32,000 nt of DNA, from assembly GCF_009831105.1 (NCBI RefSeq), contig NZ_WUUQ01000001.1, positions 510,001 to 542,000 on the forward strand. Reading direction: 5' to 3'. This DNA is from Copranaerobaculum intestinale. Lineage in GTDB: Bacteria > Bacillota_I > Bacilli_A > Erysipelotrichales > Erysipelotrichaceae. The position numbers were made by a program, and so were the translations under genes. The notes beneath the pieces are model-generated. The model made no database searches. It saw only the letters and a list, made by a program, of their open reading frames with translations, and was not told the DNA's origin. Shown here piece after piece: positions 9,038-18,987 of this stretch (positions are counted from its first letter, which is position 1; the number at the start of each line of letters is the position of its first letter).

Positions 9038-9426
9038 TGGATGATCCAAAGACGATGAATGGAGTGACACTGGCTTTTATCGGTGACGCTGTCATGTCTT
9101 TGAAAGTTCGGGAATATCTGGTGTCTCAGGGATGTCAGAAAACCGATGTCCTGCAAAAGCGATCTGTGCATTGGGTGAGCGCCAAAGCGCAGGCAAACTT
9201 TCTGCGTAAGCTCCAGGAGCAGTCCTTTTTCAGTGAAGCGGAAACGGAAATCATCCTGCGGGGACGCAATGCCAATACCGGGACGAAGGCCAAGAATGCC
9301 GATATCATTACGTATCGGTTATCGACCGGCTTTGAAGCTCTATGGGGCTATCTCTATCTGGGTGGACAGAGTGAGCGTCTGGAAAAGCTTTGGGAAGCTG
9401 TAAAACAGCTTGGAGAACAAGTATGA
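9037..9426 (+). CDS. mrnC: Mini-ribonuclease III (23S rRNA maturation)
   Basis: MNGVTLAFIGDAVMSLKVREYL...TGFEALWGYLYL matches the Mini-III/YazC signature. TAATG overlap with the cysS stop. Conserved position after cysS. Confidence 0.85.
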   Translation: MDDPKTMNGVTLAFIGDAVMSLKVREYLVSQGCQKTDVLQKRSVHWVSAKAQANFLRKLQEQSFFSEAETEIILRGRNANTGTKAKNADIITYRLSTGFEALWGYLYLGGQSERLEKLWEAVKQLGEQV

Positions 9427-10145
9427 CACAGTGGGTATATGGGAAAAATGTTGTTCGGCAGCTGCTGAATGATCAAAAGAAAATTTACGAAATTTGGATA
9501 GCCGAGGGCAGCCGTGATAAAGAACTGGAAGCTTTGATCAAACAATCGAAGATTCCCGTCAAGGTAATGGGCCGTAAACAAATGGATGCGAGGCTGGAAG
9601 GCAGGCATCAGGGCTTTGCTGCTTGTATTGATGAATATAAAACTTATGAAATCGATGAAGTTTTGCAAGCGGTTCCGGAAGGTAAGCTGCCTTTGCTGAT
9701 CATGCTGGATGGTATAGAAGATCCACATAATCTGGGGGCAATTCTGCGAACTGCCGATGCAGTGGGCGCAGATGGTGTCATCATTGGTAAAAATCGCAGT
9801 GTGGGGCTGACCCCGACAGTGGCAAAGGTATCAACCGGAGCGATCGATACGGTCAAGGTGAGTGTAGTTACCAATCTGTCAAAGACGCTTCAATACCTCA
9901 AAACAAAGGGTTTTTGGGTAATCGGCGCGGATATGGATCGCTCTCAGGATTATCGCAGCGCACATTATGATGTACCGATCGTTCTGGTGGTGGGATCAGA
10001 GGGCTTCGGCATATCCAATTTGGTGCGTAAAAACTGCGACTATTGTGTGCATCTGCCGATGGCTGGGACGATCACATCCTTGAATGCTTCAGTATCGTGC
10101 AGTATCTTGTTATACGAAATTTATTCACAGCGTAATCCGATATAG
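9423..10145 (+). CDS. rlmB: TrmH/SpoU-family 23S rRNA 2'-O-methyltransferase (RlmB/YacO-like)
   Basis: I place the start at ATG 9423 (MTQWVYGKNVV), an ATGA overlap with the mrnC stop; the track start at 9390 lies inside mrnC. SpoU motifs are present: LDGIEDPHNLGAILRTADAVGADGVI, LVVGSEGFGIS, SLNASVSCSILLYE. Confidence 0.85.
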   Translation: MTQWVYGKNVVRQLLNDQKKIYEIWIAEGSRDKELEALIKQSKIPVKVMGRKQMDARLEGRHQGFAACIDEYKTYEIDEVLQAVPEGKLPLLIMLDGIEDPHNLGAILRTADAVGADGVIIGKNRSVGLTPTVAKVSTGAIDTVKVSVVTNLSKTLQYLKTKGFWVIGADMDRSQDYRSAHYDVPIVLVVGSEGFGISNLVRKNCDYCVHLPMAGTITSLNASVSCSILLYEIYSQRNPI

Positions 10146-10153
10146 GGGGAAAT

Positions 10154-10759
10154 ATGGGGGAGAACGGTTATATGAATGACTATGAGCTTTTGTATTTGAT
10201 TCATCAGCACAGTGATGAGGCAATGGAGCTGCTGCTGAAAAAGCATGAACGGATGATCTGGTCCTGTATTCATCATTATTATTACCGAGATGATAGCGAT
10301 CACAGCGAAATTTATCAGCGCTGTCTGTTAAGCTTTCACCGTGCAGTGCTGCGGTATCGAGATGATGGTGACGCAGGGTTTGCGACATATCTTAGGCGGA
10401 TCATTGAACGGGAGATCATTGACTATGTAAGGCGCTATCGTTCTAAGCAGAAGCTGTATGAGCTGGAGGCGGTCTCACTCGATCAGGCGGTCAGGGAACA
10501 GGATTCCTTATATCTGATCGATTGTGTGGAGAATAATCAGCCGGCATATGATGGCAAGTGGATGCTGGATTATCAGAACCTGCTTGAACACTGGCAGAAA
10601 CAAAAACAGCTGCTGAATGATCAGGAACGGCAAATCTGGGATCTGCGCGCCGCGGGCAGAAGCTATGATGAGATATCCGAAATGCTGGGAATCACAAAGA
10701 AAAAAGTCGATAATACGCTGCAGAAAATACGCAGGAATCATAAGCGTGTATTTGACTAA
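10154..10759 (+). CDS. sigH: Sigma-70-family alternative sigma factor, SigH-like
   Basis: Occupies the Bacillus sigH position between rlmB and rpmG-secE-nusG. The C-terminal region 4 ([41 protein letters not shown]) resembles B. subtilis SigH (GRSYQEISDEL...IDNALQRVKRK). The start could instead be ATG 10172. Confidence 0.65.
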   Translation: MGENGYMNDYELLYLIHQHSDEAMELLLKKHERMIWSCIHHYYYRDDSDHSEIYQRCLLSFHRAVLRYRDDGDAGFATYLRRIIEREIIDYVRRYRSKQKLYELEAVSLDQAVREQDSLYLIDCVENNQPAYDGKWMLDYQNLLEHWQKQKQLLNDQERQIWDLRAAGRSYDEISEMLGITKKKVDNTLQKIRRNHKRVFD

Positions 10760-10808
10760 GAACATTCTTTGTGATAAAGTTATTAGGCAAAAGAAAGAGG
10801 TGGATATC

Positions 10809-10958
10809 ATGAATGAAAAAGTAATTCTTACATGTACTCGCTGCCTTTCTCGTAATTACACAACCAAACGTAACAAGAAAACAAATACAGAGCGTCTCGA
10901 ACTGAAGAAATACTGTAAAAAATGCGGGGAACACACTTTGCATAAAGAGACGAAGTAA
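10809..10958 (+). CDS. rpmG: 50S ribosomal protein L33
   Basis: 49 aa: [49 protein letters not shown], with the CxxC...CxxC zinc ribbon and a KETK end. SD AAGAGGTGGA. Only the last 49 codons of track ORF 10617-10958 are real. Confidence 0.95.
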   Translation: MNEKVILTCTRCLSRNYTTKRNKKTNTERLELKKYCKKCGEHTLHKETK

Positions 10959-10969
10959 GGAGAGGGCTT

Positions 10970-11146
10970 ATGAAATGGTTTAGTTTATCCGGTATTCGTG
11001 CCGAAATGCATCGTGTCCGCTGGCCTAAGTTTAGAGAATTGATTTCGGAAAGCTGGACAGTTATTCTGTTTACTGCAGGCTTTGCAGTATTCTTTCTCGT
11101 GTGTGAAACAGCTGCTTCCATGTGGCTGAAGTTCATTGGACTATAA
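10970..11146 (+). CDS. secE: Preprotein translocase subunit SecE (short Gram-positive form)
   Basis: 58 aa, not in the ORF track (below its size cutoff). Sequence: MKWFSLSGIRAEMHRVRWPKFRELISESWTVILFTAGFAVFFLVCETAASMWLKFIGL. It has the E..KV.WP motif and a single TM helix. SD AAGGAGAGGG. Conserved rpmG-secE-nusG order. Confidence 0.85.
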   Translation: MKWFSLSGIRAEMHRVRWPKFRELISESWTVILFTAGFAVFFLVCETAASMWLKFIGL

Positions 11147-11157
11147 GGAGGTATATC

Positions 11158-11706
11158 ATGACGGAAATGAAAAAAGAATGGTATGTCGTGAATACCTATG
11201 CAGGTCACGAAAATCGTGTAAAAGAGAATCTGGAGCGACGTGTTGAAACGATGGGTCTGCAGGATTATCTGTTTCGTATCATCGTAGCGGAAGAAACAGA
11301 AATTGAATACAAAAACGGCAAAAAAGTGGAAAAGGTGAAAAACCTGTTTCCCGGTTATCTGTTTGCGGAAATGATTATGACGGATGAGGCTTGGTACATC
11401 GTGCGTAATACTCCGGGGGTTACTGGATTTATCGGTTCATCGGGCGGCGGTGCGAAGCCGTTCCCAGTTGCTCAGGATGAAATTGAAAATATTTTGCGCC
11501 GTCTGGGTATGAGTGACCGCAAGGTTAATGTAAACTTCAGCGTAGGTGACCGTGTGAAAATTCTCAGCGGACCGTTTTCCGGTGTGGAAGGCGTTGTGGA
11601 AGAGCTGCATAATGAGACCCAGAACGCTGTTGTACTGACTATTTTGTTCGGGCGTGAGACACCGACAGAAATTGATTATGTGAATTTAGAGAAAATCGAA
11701 GACTAG
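11158..11706 (+). CDS. nusG: Transcription termination/antitermination factor NusG
   Basis: I place the start at ATG 11158 (SD AAGGAGG). KKEWYVVNTYAGHENRVKENLERRV is the NGN domain. The C-terminal KOW motif is GDRVKILSGPFSGVEGVVEEL. Confidence 0.95.
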   Translation: MTEMKKEWYVVNTYAGHENRVKENLERRVETMGLQDYLFRIIVAEETEIEYKNGKKVEKVKNLFPGYLFAEMIMTDEAWYIVRNTPGVTGFIGSSGGGAKPFPVAQDEIENILRRLGMSDRKVNVNFSVGDRVKILSGPFSGVEGVVEELHNETQNAVVLTILFGRETPTEIDYVNLEKIED

Positions 11707-11730
11707 AAAGACCGAAAGCGGTCTTTTTTT
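11707..11730 (+). terminator. Rho-independent terminator after nusG
   Basis: Stem aaagaccg / cggtcttt with loop AAAG, followed by a T7 run. Confidence 0.85.
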
Positions 11731-11789
11731 CTGATTCGGCATTTTTCGCGCGTTTGAACTGATAGGATGATAACAGAGGAAGTGATATT

Positions 11790-11978
11790 ATGCGTCAGCG
11801 TACAGGTATTATACTGTTTATCACCGGGGTTGTGCTGTTGGTGAAACCCTCGTTTGATCTGGATCAGATCATGATGAATTTCAATTACATAGTCGCTCAC
11901 TATTGGCCGATGGCTTTGGTACTGTTGGGAGCGGGACTCATTCTTCCGAAGAAACGGCGAAAAGCTCGTTTTAAATAG
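11790..11978 (+). CDS. Hypothetical small membrane protein (two predicted TM helices, basic C-terminus)
   Basis: 62 aa: MRQRTGIILFITGVVLLVKP...YWPMALVLLGAGLILPKKRRKARFK. SD GAGGAAG lies about 8 nt upstream. No family recognised. Confidence 0.4.
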   Translation: MRQRTGIILFITGVVLLVKPSFDLDQIMMNFNYIVAHYWPMALVLLGAGLILPKKRRKARFK

Positions 11979-11979
11979 C

Positions 11980-12007
11980 TTGACAATTTATTCATATCCG
12001 CTATGAT
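11980..12007 (+). promoter_or_regulatory. Candidate sigma-A promoter for the HAD hydrolase gene
   Basis: TTGACA (11980-11985), 16-nt spacer, TATGAT (12002-12007). Confidence 0.5.
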
Positions 12008-12031
12008 GAAACCAAAAAAGGGAGAACGGAT

Positions 12032-12802
12032 ATGAAAACGTACTTGATCGATTTAGACGGAACGATGTACCGAGGCACAAAGATTATTCCTGAAGCAAAG
12101 GTTTTTCTGGATTACTTATTGGCGAATGAACTGCCGTTTTTGTTTTTAACCAATAATGCGAAACGGACGAAACAACAGAATGTCGAACATATGGAAAAGA
12201 TGGGTTATACGGGTATCAAGCCTGAACATTTCTTCACTTCAAGCATGGCTGTGGCACGCTATGTTGCGAAGCGATTTGCGGGGCGAAGAGCACAGTATGT
12301 CGGTCAGGATGGATTAAAGGAAGCACTCTTGGATGAAGGGTTTACGATCGAAGATGATCGTGTGGATTTCGTATTTGTCGGCTTGGATACGAGCGGTGAT
12401 TATATGAAATATTCGGGTGTATTGAAGCACCTGCTGAATGGCGCGCGGCTGATCGGCACTAACAGCGATCGGCTATTGGCGCAGGCAGACGGTTTTTCCA
12501 TCGGTAATGGTTCTATCGTTGCCATGTTTGAATATGCCTGCGGTCAGGTCAGCCCAAAAATCGGCAAGCCCTATCAGCCGATTCTGGAGGAATGTTTGGA
12601 GAAATATCATTTACAGAAACAGGATGTGATAATGGTCGGCGACAATCTGGAAACAGATATTAAGCTGGGATCAGACGGCGGTGTGGAAACGGTCTTTGTG
12701 ACCAGTGGGGTTCATGGTGAAGCAGATGTGGAAAAGCTTCAAATTTATCCGGATCATACGGTAACAAGTCTGTGTGAACTGATTGAAATGGGAATACAAT
12801 AA
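12032..12802 (+). CDS. HAD-superfamily subfamily IIA sugar-phosphate phosphatase (NagD/YutF-like)
   Basis: Motif I is YLIDLDGTMYRG, motif II FLTNN, and motif IV MVGDNLETDI. 256 aa. Confidence 0.85.
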   Translation: MKTYLIDLDGTMYRGTKIIPEAKVFLDYLLANELPFLFLTNNAKRTKQQNVEHMEKMGYTGIKPEHFFTSSMAVARYVAKRFAGRRAQYVGQDGLKEALLDEGFTIEDDRVDFVFVGLDTSGDYMKYSGVLKHLLNGARLIGTNSDRLLAQADGFSIGNGSIVAMFEYACGQVSPKIGKPYQPILEECLEKYHLQKQDVIMVGDNLETDIKLGSDGGVETVFVTSGVHGEADVEKLQIYPDHTVTSLCELIEMGIQ

Positions 12803-12931
12803 AAAGTAAAGAAGCATGCGCTGTTCCTGCAAAGCATGATTGTTTTACCGCACAATATAAGCAGAAACAACTATCTAACATGGTATAATCATCCAGTGAA
12901 CCATTAGGCGCATTGCTTTCATGATAAATAG

Positions 12932-14278
<1,347 letters not shown>

Positions 14279-14288
14279 GTTTTAAAAG

Positions 14289-14316
14289 AAAGTGCTGTGT
14301 ATAACGGCACTTTTTG
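14289..14316 (+). terminator. Rho-independent terminator after eno
   Basis: Stem aaagtgc / gcacttt followed by a T-run (14311-14315). Confidence 0.65.
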
Positions 14317-14456
14317 TCGTTTACATCGGATGAGTTATGTTTTTTTATGATAAACCCATATGATGGTGAAAAAATTTGTTCATAATGAATGATCTTACTC
14401 ATAGGTATAAATGAAATCGTAAATCCGCATACTAAGAGGGGTTGGAAAATGTTTGC

Positions 14457-14485
14457 TTGCATGATTGGCGATAGTTTGCTATAAT
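14457..14485 (+). promoter_or_regulatory. Candidate sigma-A promoter for secG
   Basis: TTGCAT (14457-14462), 17-nt spacer, TATAAT (14480-14485). Lies about 30 nt upstream of SD AAGGAGG. Confidence 0.55.
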
Positions 14486-14513
14486 TACACATGCACAAAG
14501 AAAGGAGGACATT

Positions 14514-14741
14514 ATGAACATTTTAGATATTTTATTAATGGCGGTCTCTGTCCTTCTAATCATTCTCTCACTGTTACAGAGTGGTAAATCAGACGGAATC
14601 AACAGTGCTTTTACCGGCGGTGACAGTTTGAACCTGTTCGCAAATGTAAAAGAGCGTGGTCCGGAGAAAGTGATTTCTAACTTAACGTTAATAACCGGAA
14701 TTTTATTCTTCGTCCTTGTTATTATTGTAAGCTTAAAATAG
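14514..14741 (+). CDS. secG: Preprotein translocase subunit SecG
   Basis: 75 aa: MNILDILLMAVSVLLIILSLLQSGKSDGINSAFTGG... This is the typical SecG N-terminal helix plus the Q..K..G...AFGG motif. Conserved position upstream of rnr-smpB. Confidence 0.9.
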   Translation: MNILDILLMAVSVLLIILSLLQSGKSDGINSAFTGGDSLNLFANVKERGPEKVISNLTLITGILFFVLVIIVSLK

Positions 14742-14764
14742 AAAGACCGTAATGGTCTTTTTTC
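14742..14764 (+). terminator. Rho-independent terminator after secG
   Basis: Stem aagacc / ggtctt with loop GTAAT, followed by a T-run. Confidence 0.8.
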
Positions 14765-14780
14765 ATTCTTAGAGGTAAAT

Positions 14781-17024
14781 ATGGATTATAAACAAGCAAT
14801 CACAGAAACATTAAAAACAACAAAAAAAGGGTTAGATCGAACGACGCTGCAAAGTCGGCTCAGAATAGAAGATCAGACAGCTTTTACTGCGTTCATGAAG
14901 GATCTGAATGCGTTAGAAGCGGCGTGGATAATTTATCATGAGCCAAGTGATCGTTATATTCTGGCAGAATATGCAGGTCTGATCAAGGGCGTATTGAAGC
15001 TGAATGCAAAAGGCTTTGGTTTCGTGGAAAATGAAACACAGAGTATATATGTAAACCAAAATCATATTCATGATGCTTTGCAGGATGATACAGTCATGGC
15101 CAGAATGTGGCAAAACTTCGATGAATCACAGGAATGTGAAATTATTCATGTGCTTGAGCATGCGGTAACAACAATCGTAGGCACTGTGAAGATGAATGAG
15201 CGGGGAACGTATTTCCTGCCGGATGTCTATATGCATGATCGGAAAATTAAAATCACCAATTACGAAGATTTTAAATTGGTGAATGACAGTAAAGTGCTGG
15301 TACATATCGATTCCTACAGCAATGTTTTAAAAGCTTCCATTTTAAAAGTGCTGGGTCACAAATATGATCCGGGCATTGATATTTTGTCGGTTCTTTTGGC
15401 GCATAATATTGAGCCGGAATTTCCGAAAGCGGTTATGGATGAGGTTCAAAAAATACCGGATCGGGTAATGGAAGCAGACTTCAAAGGGCGCAGGGATCTT
15501 CGCGATCAGATTATCATAACGATTGACGGAGCGGATTCACGGGACCTGGATGATGCGGTCAGTGTAGAGAAGATCAAGGACGGCTATCGTCTTGGTGTGC
15601 ATATTGCGGATGTATCGTATTACGTTTGTGAGGGCTCCGCGGTAAATGCGGAAGCGTTCGAGCGGGCCACCAGTGTTTATGTGGTTGACCGCGTTGTACC
15701 AATGCTGCCGCACAGCCTAAGCAATGGTATCTGTTCTTTGAATCCCAAGGTTGATCGGCTGACGATCAGCTGTATAATGGATATCAATAAGAGCGGAGAG
15801 GTTTTCAATTATGAAATTTTCCCATCGGTTATCCGAACTACCGAGCGTATGACGTATCGTGATGTAAATGGTATTTTGGCCGGTGATGAAAAACTGGTGA
15901 AGAAATATAGTCATATTTTGCCGCTGTGCATGAATATGGAAATCCTGTCAAAAGGAATCCGTAAGCGCCGGCATCAGCTGGGGGCGATTGATTTTGATAC
16001 CAGAGAAGCGAAAATATTGGTCAATGAAAAGGGCAAGCCAACCGATGTTGTGGTTATGGAACGCGGAGAAGCGGAGCGGATCATCGAAGACTTTATGATC
16101 GCCGCCAATGAATGTGTCGCCCGCCATGTGAAATGGCTGGATACGCCATCTATTTATCGTGTGCATGAGGAACCGGACGCGAAAAAAATCCGTGACTTCG
16201 CGCAGATTGCAGCGGTTATGGGACACCCGTTCAAGGGTAAGGCACAGTCTGTGTATCCAAAGCAGATTCAGGAATTTTTAGAGGAAGCAAAGGATTCCGA
16301 GGATTATCCGGTGCTGTCAACGTATATGTTAAGAAGCATGCAAAAGGCGCGTTATGACGCATCCTGTTTGGGTCATTTCGGACTGGGACTTCAGGAATAT
16401 ACGCATTTCACATCCCCGATTCGCCGTTATCCGGATTTGATCGTTCACCGTATGCTCAGAAAATATTGTTTTGATCATGAAAGTGATGCTGTGAGGATGC
16501 GGCGCGATGAAGAATGGATCATTGACGCGGCGATCCATTGTTCAAAACAGGAGCGGGTTGCGATTGAAACGGAACGTGATGTTGATGATATGAAAAAGGC
16601 TGAATATATGGAACAGTTCATTGGAAAATGTTATGATGGTGTCATCAGTTCGGTGATGCGGTTCGGTATGTTTGTCGAATTGGATAATACGGTAGAAGGA
16701 TTGATTCATATCTCCAATATGACGGATGATTATTATGAATATGATGAAGTAGGAAGAGCGTTGATCGCCCGCCGCTCCAAAAAACGCTATGTAATGGGAC
16801 AAAAGGTTCGAGTCAAGGTATTGGATGCCTCACGATTTAAAAAGCAGGTAGATTTTATTCTGATGGAAAGGGGAAAGTCGCATGAGAAAAATGGGAAAAC
16901 TGTTTCTGGTACTGCTTCTGGCAGGAACGCTGGGCGCATGTCAAAGCAAGGAAAAGGATACCGGGAAAAAGGATCCGACACCAAAAACGGAAGAAAAAAA
17001 ACCGGACAAAGACGTAAGCGTTAG
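14781..17024 (+). CDS. rnr: Ribonuclease R (3'-5' exoribonuclease)
   Basis: 747 aa. Cold-shock-like N-terminal region (NAKGFGFVE). RNB domain: ITIDGADSRDLDDAVS, HIADVSYYV, VYVVDRVVPMLP, HFGLGLQEYTHFTSPIRRYPDLIVHR. S1 domain: YDGVISSVMRFGMFVEL. K/R/G-rich C-terminal tail. Confidence 0.95.
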   Translation: MDYKQAITETLKTTKKGLDRTTLQSRLRIEDQTAFTAFMKDLNALEAAWIIYHEPSDRYILAEYAGLIKGVLKLNAKGFGFVENETQSIYVNQNHIHDALQDDTVMARMWQNFDESQECEIIHVLEHAVTTIVGTVKMNERGTYFLPDVYMHDRKIKITNYEDFKLVNDSKVLVHIDSYSNVLKASILKVLGHKYDPGIDILSVLLAHNIEPEFPKAVMDEVQKIPDRVMEADFKGRRDLRDQIIITIDGADSRDLDDAVSVEKIKDGYRLGVHIADVSYYVCEGSAVNAEAFERATSVYVVDRVVPMLPHSLSNGICSLNPKVDRLTISCIMDINKSGEVFNYEIFPSVIRTTERMTYRDVNGILAGDEKLVKKYSHILPLCMNMEILSKGIRKRRHQLGAIDFDTREAKILVNEKGKPTDVVVMERGEAERIIEDFMIAANECVARHVKWLDTPSIYRVHEEPDAKKIRDFAQIAAVMGHPFKGKAQSVYPKQIQEFLEEAKDSEDYPVLSTYMLRSMQKARYDASCLGHFGLGLQEYTHFTSPIRRYPDLIVHRMLRKYCFDHESDAVRMRRDEEWIIDAAIHCSKQERVAIETERDVDDMKKAEYMEQFIGKCYDGVISSVMRFGMFVELDNTVEGLIHISNMTDDYYEYDEVGRALIARRSKKRYVMGQKVRVKVLDASRFKKQVDFILMERGKSHEKNGKTVSGTASGRNAGRMSKQGKGYREKGSDTKNGRKKTGQRRKR

Positions 17025-18054
17025 TTTTCTTGCGGTTGGAGATAATCTCATTCATAATTCCCTGTATTTAGATCCGACCTATAAGACAGAAAATGGCTGG
17101 GATTTTACAGCGATGTATGAAAATACCAATCCTTATACGCAGAATGTCGATATTGCTAATATTAATCAGGAAACGATTCTTGGTGGGCCGGAGCTGGAGC
17201 TAAGCAACTATCCGATGTTTAATGGCCCGCATGAAATAGCGGATGCAGTAGCGGCAGCTGGTTTTGACTGGGTTGTTCATGCCAGCAACCATTCCATGGA
17301 TCGCGGTGAAGCGGGAATTGTTTCTGATCGTAATTATTGGGATAAGTTTCAAGATATCAAGGTAACCGGAATCAATCGTTCGCAGCAGGAAGCAGATACA
17401 GCGGTCATTTTAAAACGCAAGGGCATTAAGTTCGGACTTTTGAATTATACGTATGGTACCAATGGTATCGAATTGCCGGAGGGCAAGGAATATCTGGTAA
17501 ATCTGATTGATAAAGAAAAGATGAAAAAAGATATTCAGAAGCTGAAAAAGCAGAGTGATGTCATTGTTGTTTCCATGCATTGGGGCGAGGAATACAGCTT
17601 TATTCCGAATGAAGAACAAGAGGAACTGGCACAGTTCTTAGCGGATCAGGGGGTACAGGTCATTATCGGTTCGCACCCGCATGTTATTCAGCCGATGGAA
17701 TTTATTGAGGGTAAAAACGGGAATAAAACATTGGTGATCTATTCGTTGGGAAACTTTATCTCAGCTCAAATCGAGGATTATCAAATGCTTGGGGGAATGG
17801 CTCGCTGGAACATTGTGAAGCAGGCTAAGACCGGAAAATATGAGGTCACAGATGCGGAATTCTGGCCGACGGTAACCTTCTATCGTCATGATGGCAGCGG
17901 AAATATGGTCGGATTCAAGACCTACGCATTGAAGGACTACACGGATGATATCGCAGCTCAGCATGGGCTTGCCCCAGCCGTCAGCCGTCAATATTTTATC
18001 GATAAATCAAATGAAGTGCTGGGAACGATGGATCATATCAAAATTGTATATTAA
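16882..18054 (+). CDS. CapA/PGA_cap-family metallophosphoesterase lipoprotein
   Basis: Signal peptide plus lipobox: MRKMGKLFLVLLLAGTLGA-C. CapA-family motifs: FLAVGDNLIH, HASNHSMDRG, VVSMHWGEEY, IIGSHPHVIQP, YSLGNF. The start lies inside the rnr 3' end (143-nt overlap, different frame). SD GGGGAA is at 16870-16875. Confidence 0.85.
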   Translation: MRKMGKLFLVLLLAGTLGACQSKEKDTGKKDPTPKTEEKKPDKDVSVSFLAVGDNLIHNSLYLDPTYKTENGWDFTAMYENTNPYTQNVDIANINQETILGGPELELSNYPMFNGPHEIADAVAAAGFDWVVHASNHSMDRGEAGIVSDRNYWDKFQDIKVTGINRSQQEADTAVILKRKGIKFGLLNYTYGTNGIELPEGKEYLVNLIDKEKMKKDIQKLKKQSDVIVVSMHWGEEYSFIPNEEQEELAQFLADQGVQVIIGSHPHVIQPMEFIEGKNGNKTLVIYSLGNFISAQIEDYQMLGGMARWNIVKQAKTGKYEVTDAEFWPTVTFYRHDGSGNMVGFKTYALKDYTDDIAAQHGLAPAVSRQYFIDKSNEVLGTMDHIKIVY

Positions 18055-18066
18055 CAGGAGGTTGCG

Positions 18067-18516
18067 ATGCGGAAAGTGATTGCACAAAATCGCAAGGCAA
18101 GTCATGACTATTATCTTGAGGAACGCTTTGAAGCAGGGCTTGTATTGATGGGCACTGAGATTAAATCAATTCGCGGCGGCCACGTTCAGCTCAAGGATTC
18201 TTATGTCAGCTTTATTGATAATGAAGCGTATATCAAGGAAATGCATATTTCTGCCTATGACCATGGAAATCGTTTTAATCACGATGAAACAAGAGAGCGA
18301 AAGCTGCTTCTTCATCGCGATGAGATCAAAAAGCTTCAGCAGAAAGTAAAACTGAAGGGCTATACGATCGTACCGACACAGATTTATCTGGATAAAGGTA
18401 TGGCAAAAATGGAAATAGCTTTGGCAAAGGGCAAGGACTTGCATGATAAGCGAAATGTACAGAAAGAAAAGGATGCACAGCGGGAAATCGCTAAGGTATT
18501 AAAGAATCGCTATTAA
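18067..18516 (+). CDS. smpB: SsrA-binding protein SmpB
   Basis: KVIAQNRKASHDYYLEERFEAGLVLMGTEIKSIR...KLLLHRDEIKKL matches the SmpB signature. 149 aa. Immediately upstream of the tmRNA. Confidence 0.95.
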   Translation: MRKVIAQNRKASHDYYLEERFEAGLVLMGTEIKSIRGGHVQLKDSYVSFIDNEAYIKEMHISAYDHGNRFNHDETRERKLLLHRDEIKKLQQKVKLKGYTIVPTQIYLDKGMAKMEIALAKGKDLHDKRNVQKEKDAQREIAKVLKNRY

Positions 18517-18571
18517 AACAATTGTGTTTTAGATAGGATTGGGTATAATACTATTGGTATTTCCCAAACAT

Positions 18572-18952
18572 GGGGGTGTACTGGTTTCGACAGGTTTGTG
18601 TCTGATATCGACTGCAGTCGAGCGGTTACGTAATAACCAACTAAATTTAATTGCTAAAAACAAATTTATGTCTATCTTCGGTGGAAACACTCAGGTAGCT
18701 TTCGCTGCTTAATAACCTAACATTTGGTTCGCAGCTGCAGATGATTGTTTAGCCTTTCGGCTTTCATTCTGTAACAGAAAGAAAGGATAAGGGGTTGCCG
18801 GGTCTCAACGGCAATTCACGAAAATCTACAGAGACACCTTAGCAGGTAAGTTTGTTCATCACTGACTGTTAAGTACTAAGATGAACTAAACTGTAGACGT
18901 CGATATGTGGGGCCACTTCTGGACAGGGGTTCGATTCCCCTCACCTCCACCA
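18572..18952 (+). ncRNA. ssrA: tmRNA (SsrA)
   Basis: The 5' end GGGGGTGTACTGGTTTCGACAGG pairs with the 3' end. The 3' end is a tRNA-like T-arm, GGACAGGGGTTCGATTCCCCTCACCTCCACCA. The internal tag reading frame is GCT AAA AAC AAA TTT ATG TCT ATC TTC GGT GGA AAC ACT CAG GTA GCT TTC GCT GCT TAA TAA (18653-18712), giving AKNKFMSIFGGNTQVAFAA. A candidate promoter is TTGTGT-16-TATAAT at 18522-18549. Confidence 0.95.
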
Positions 18953-18963
18953 ATAAAAAAAGC

Positions 18964-18987
18964 AAACCCTTTATTTAAAGGGTTTTT
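18964..18987 (+). terminator. Rho-independent terminator after ssrA
   Basis: Stem aaacccttt / aaagggttt with a short AT loop, followed by a T-run. Confidence 0.8.

Noticed and set aside
10617-10808. Long upstream extension of the L33 ORF (113 aa)
   Set aside because: It overlaps the 3' end of the sigma-factor gene in another frame. L33 is a ~49-aa protein, and ATG 10809 has a strong SD.
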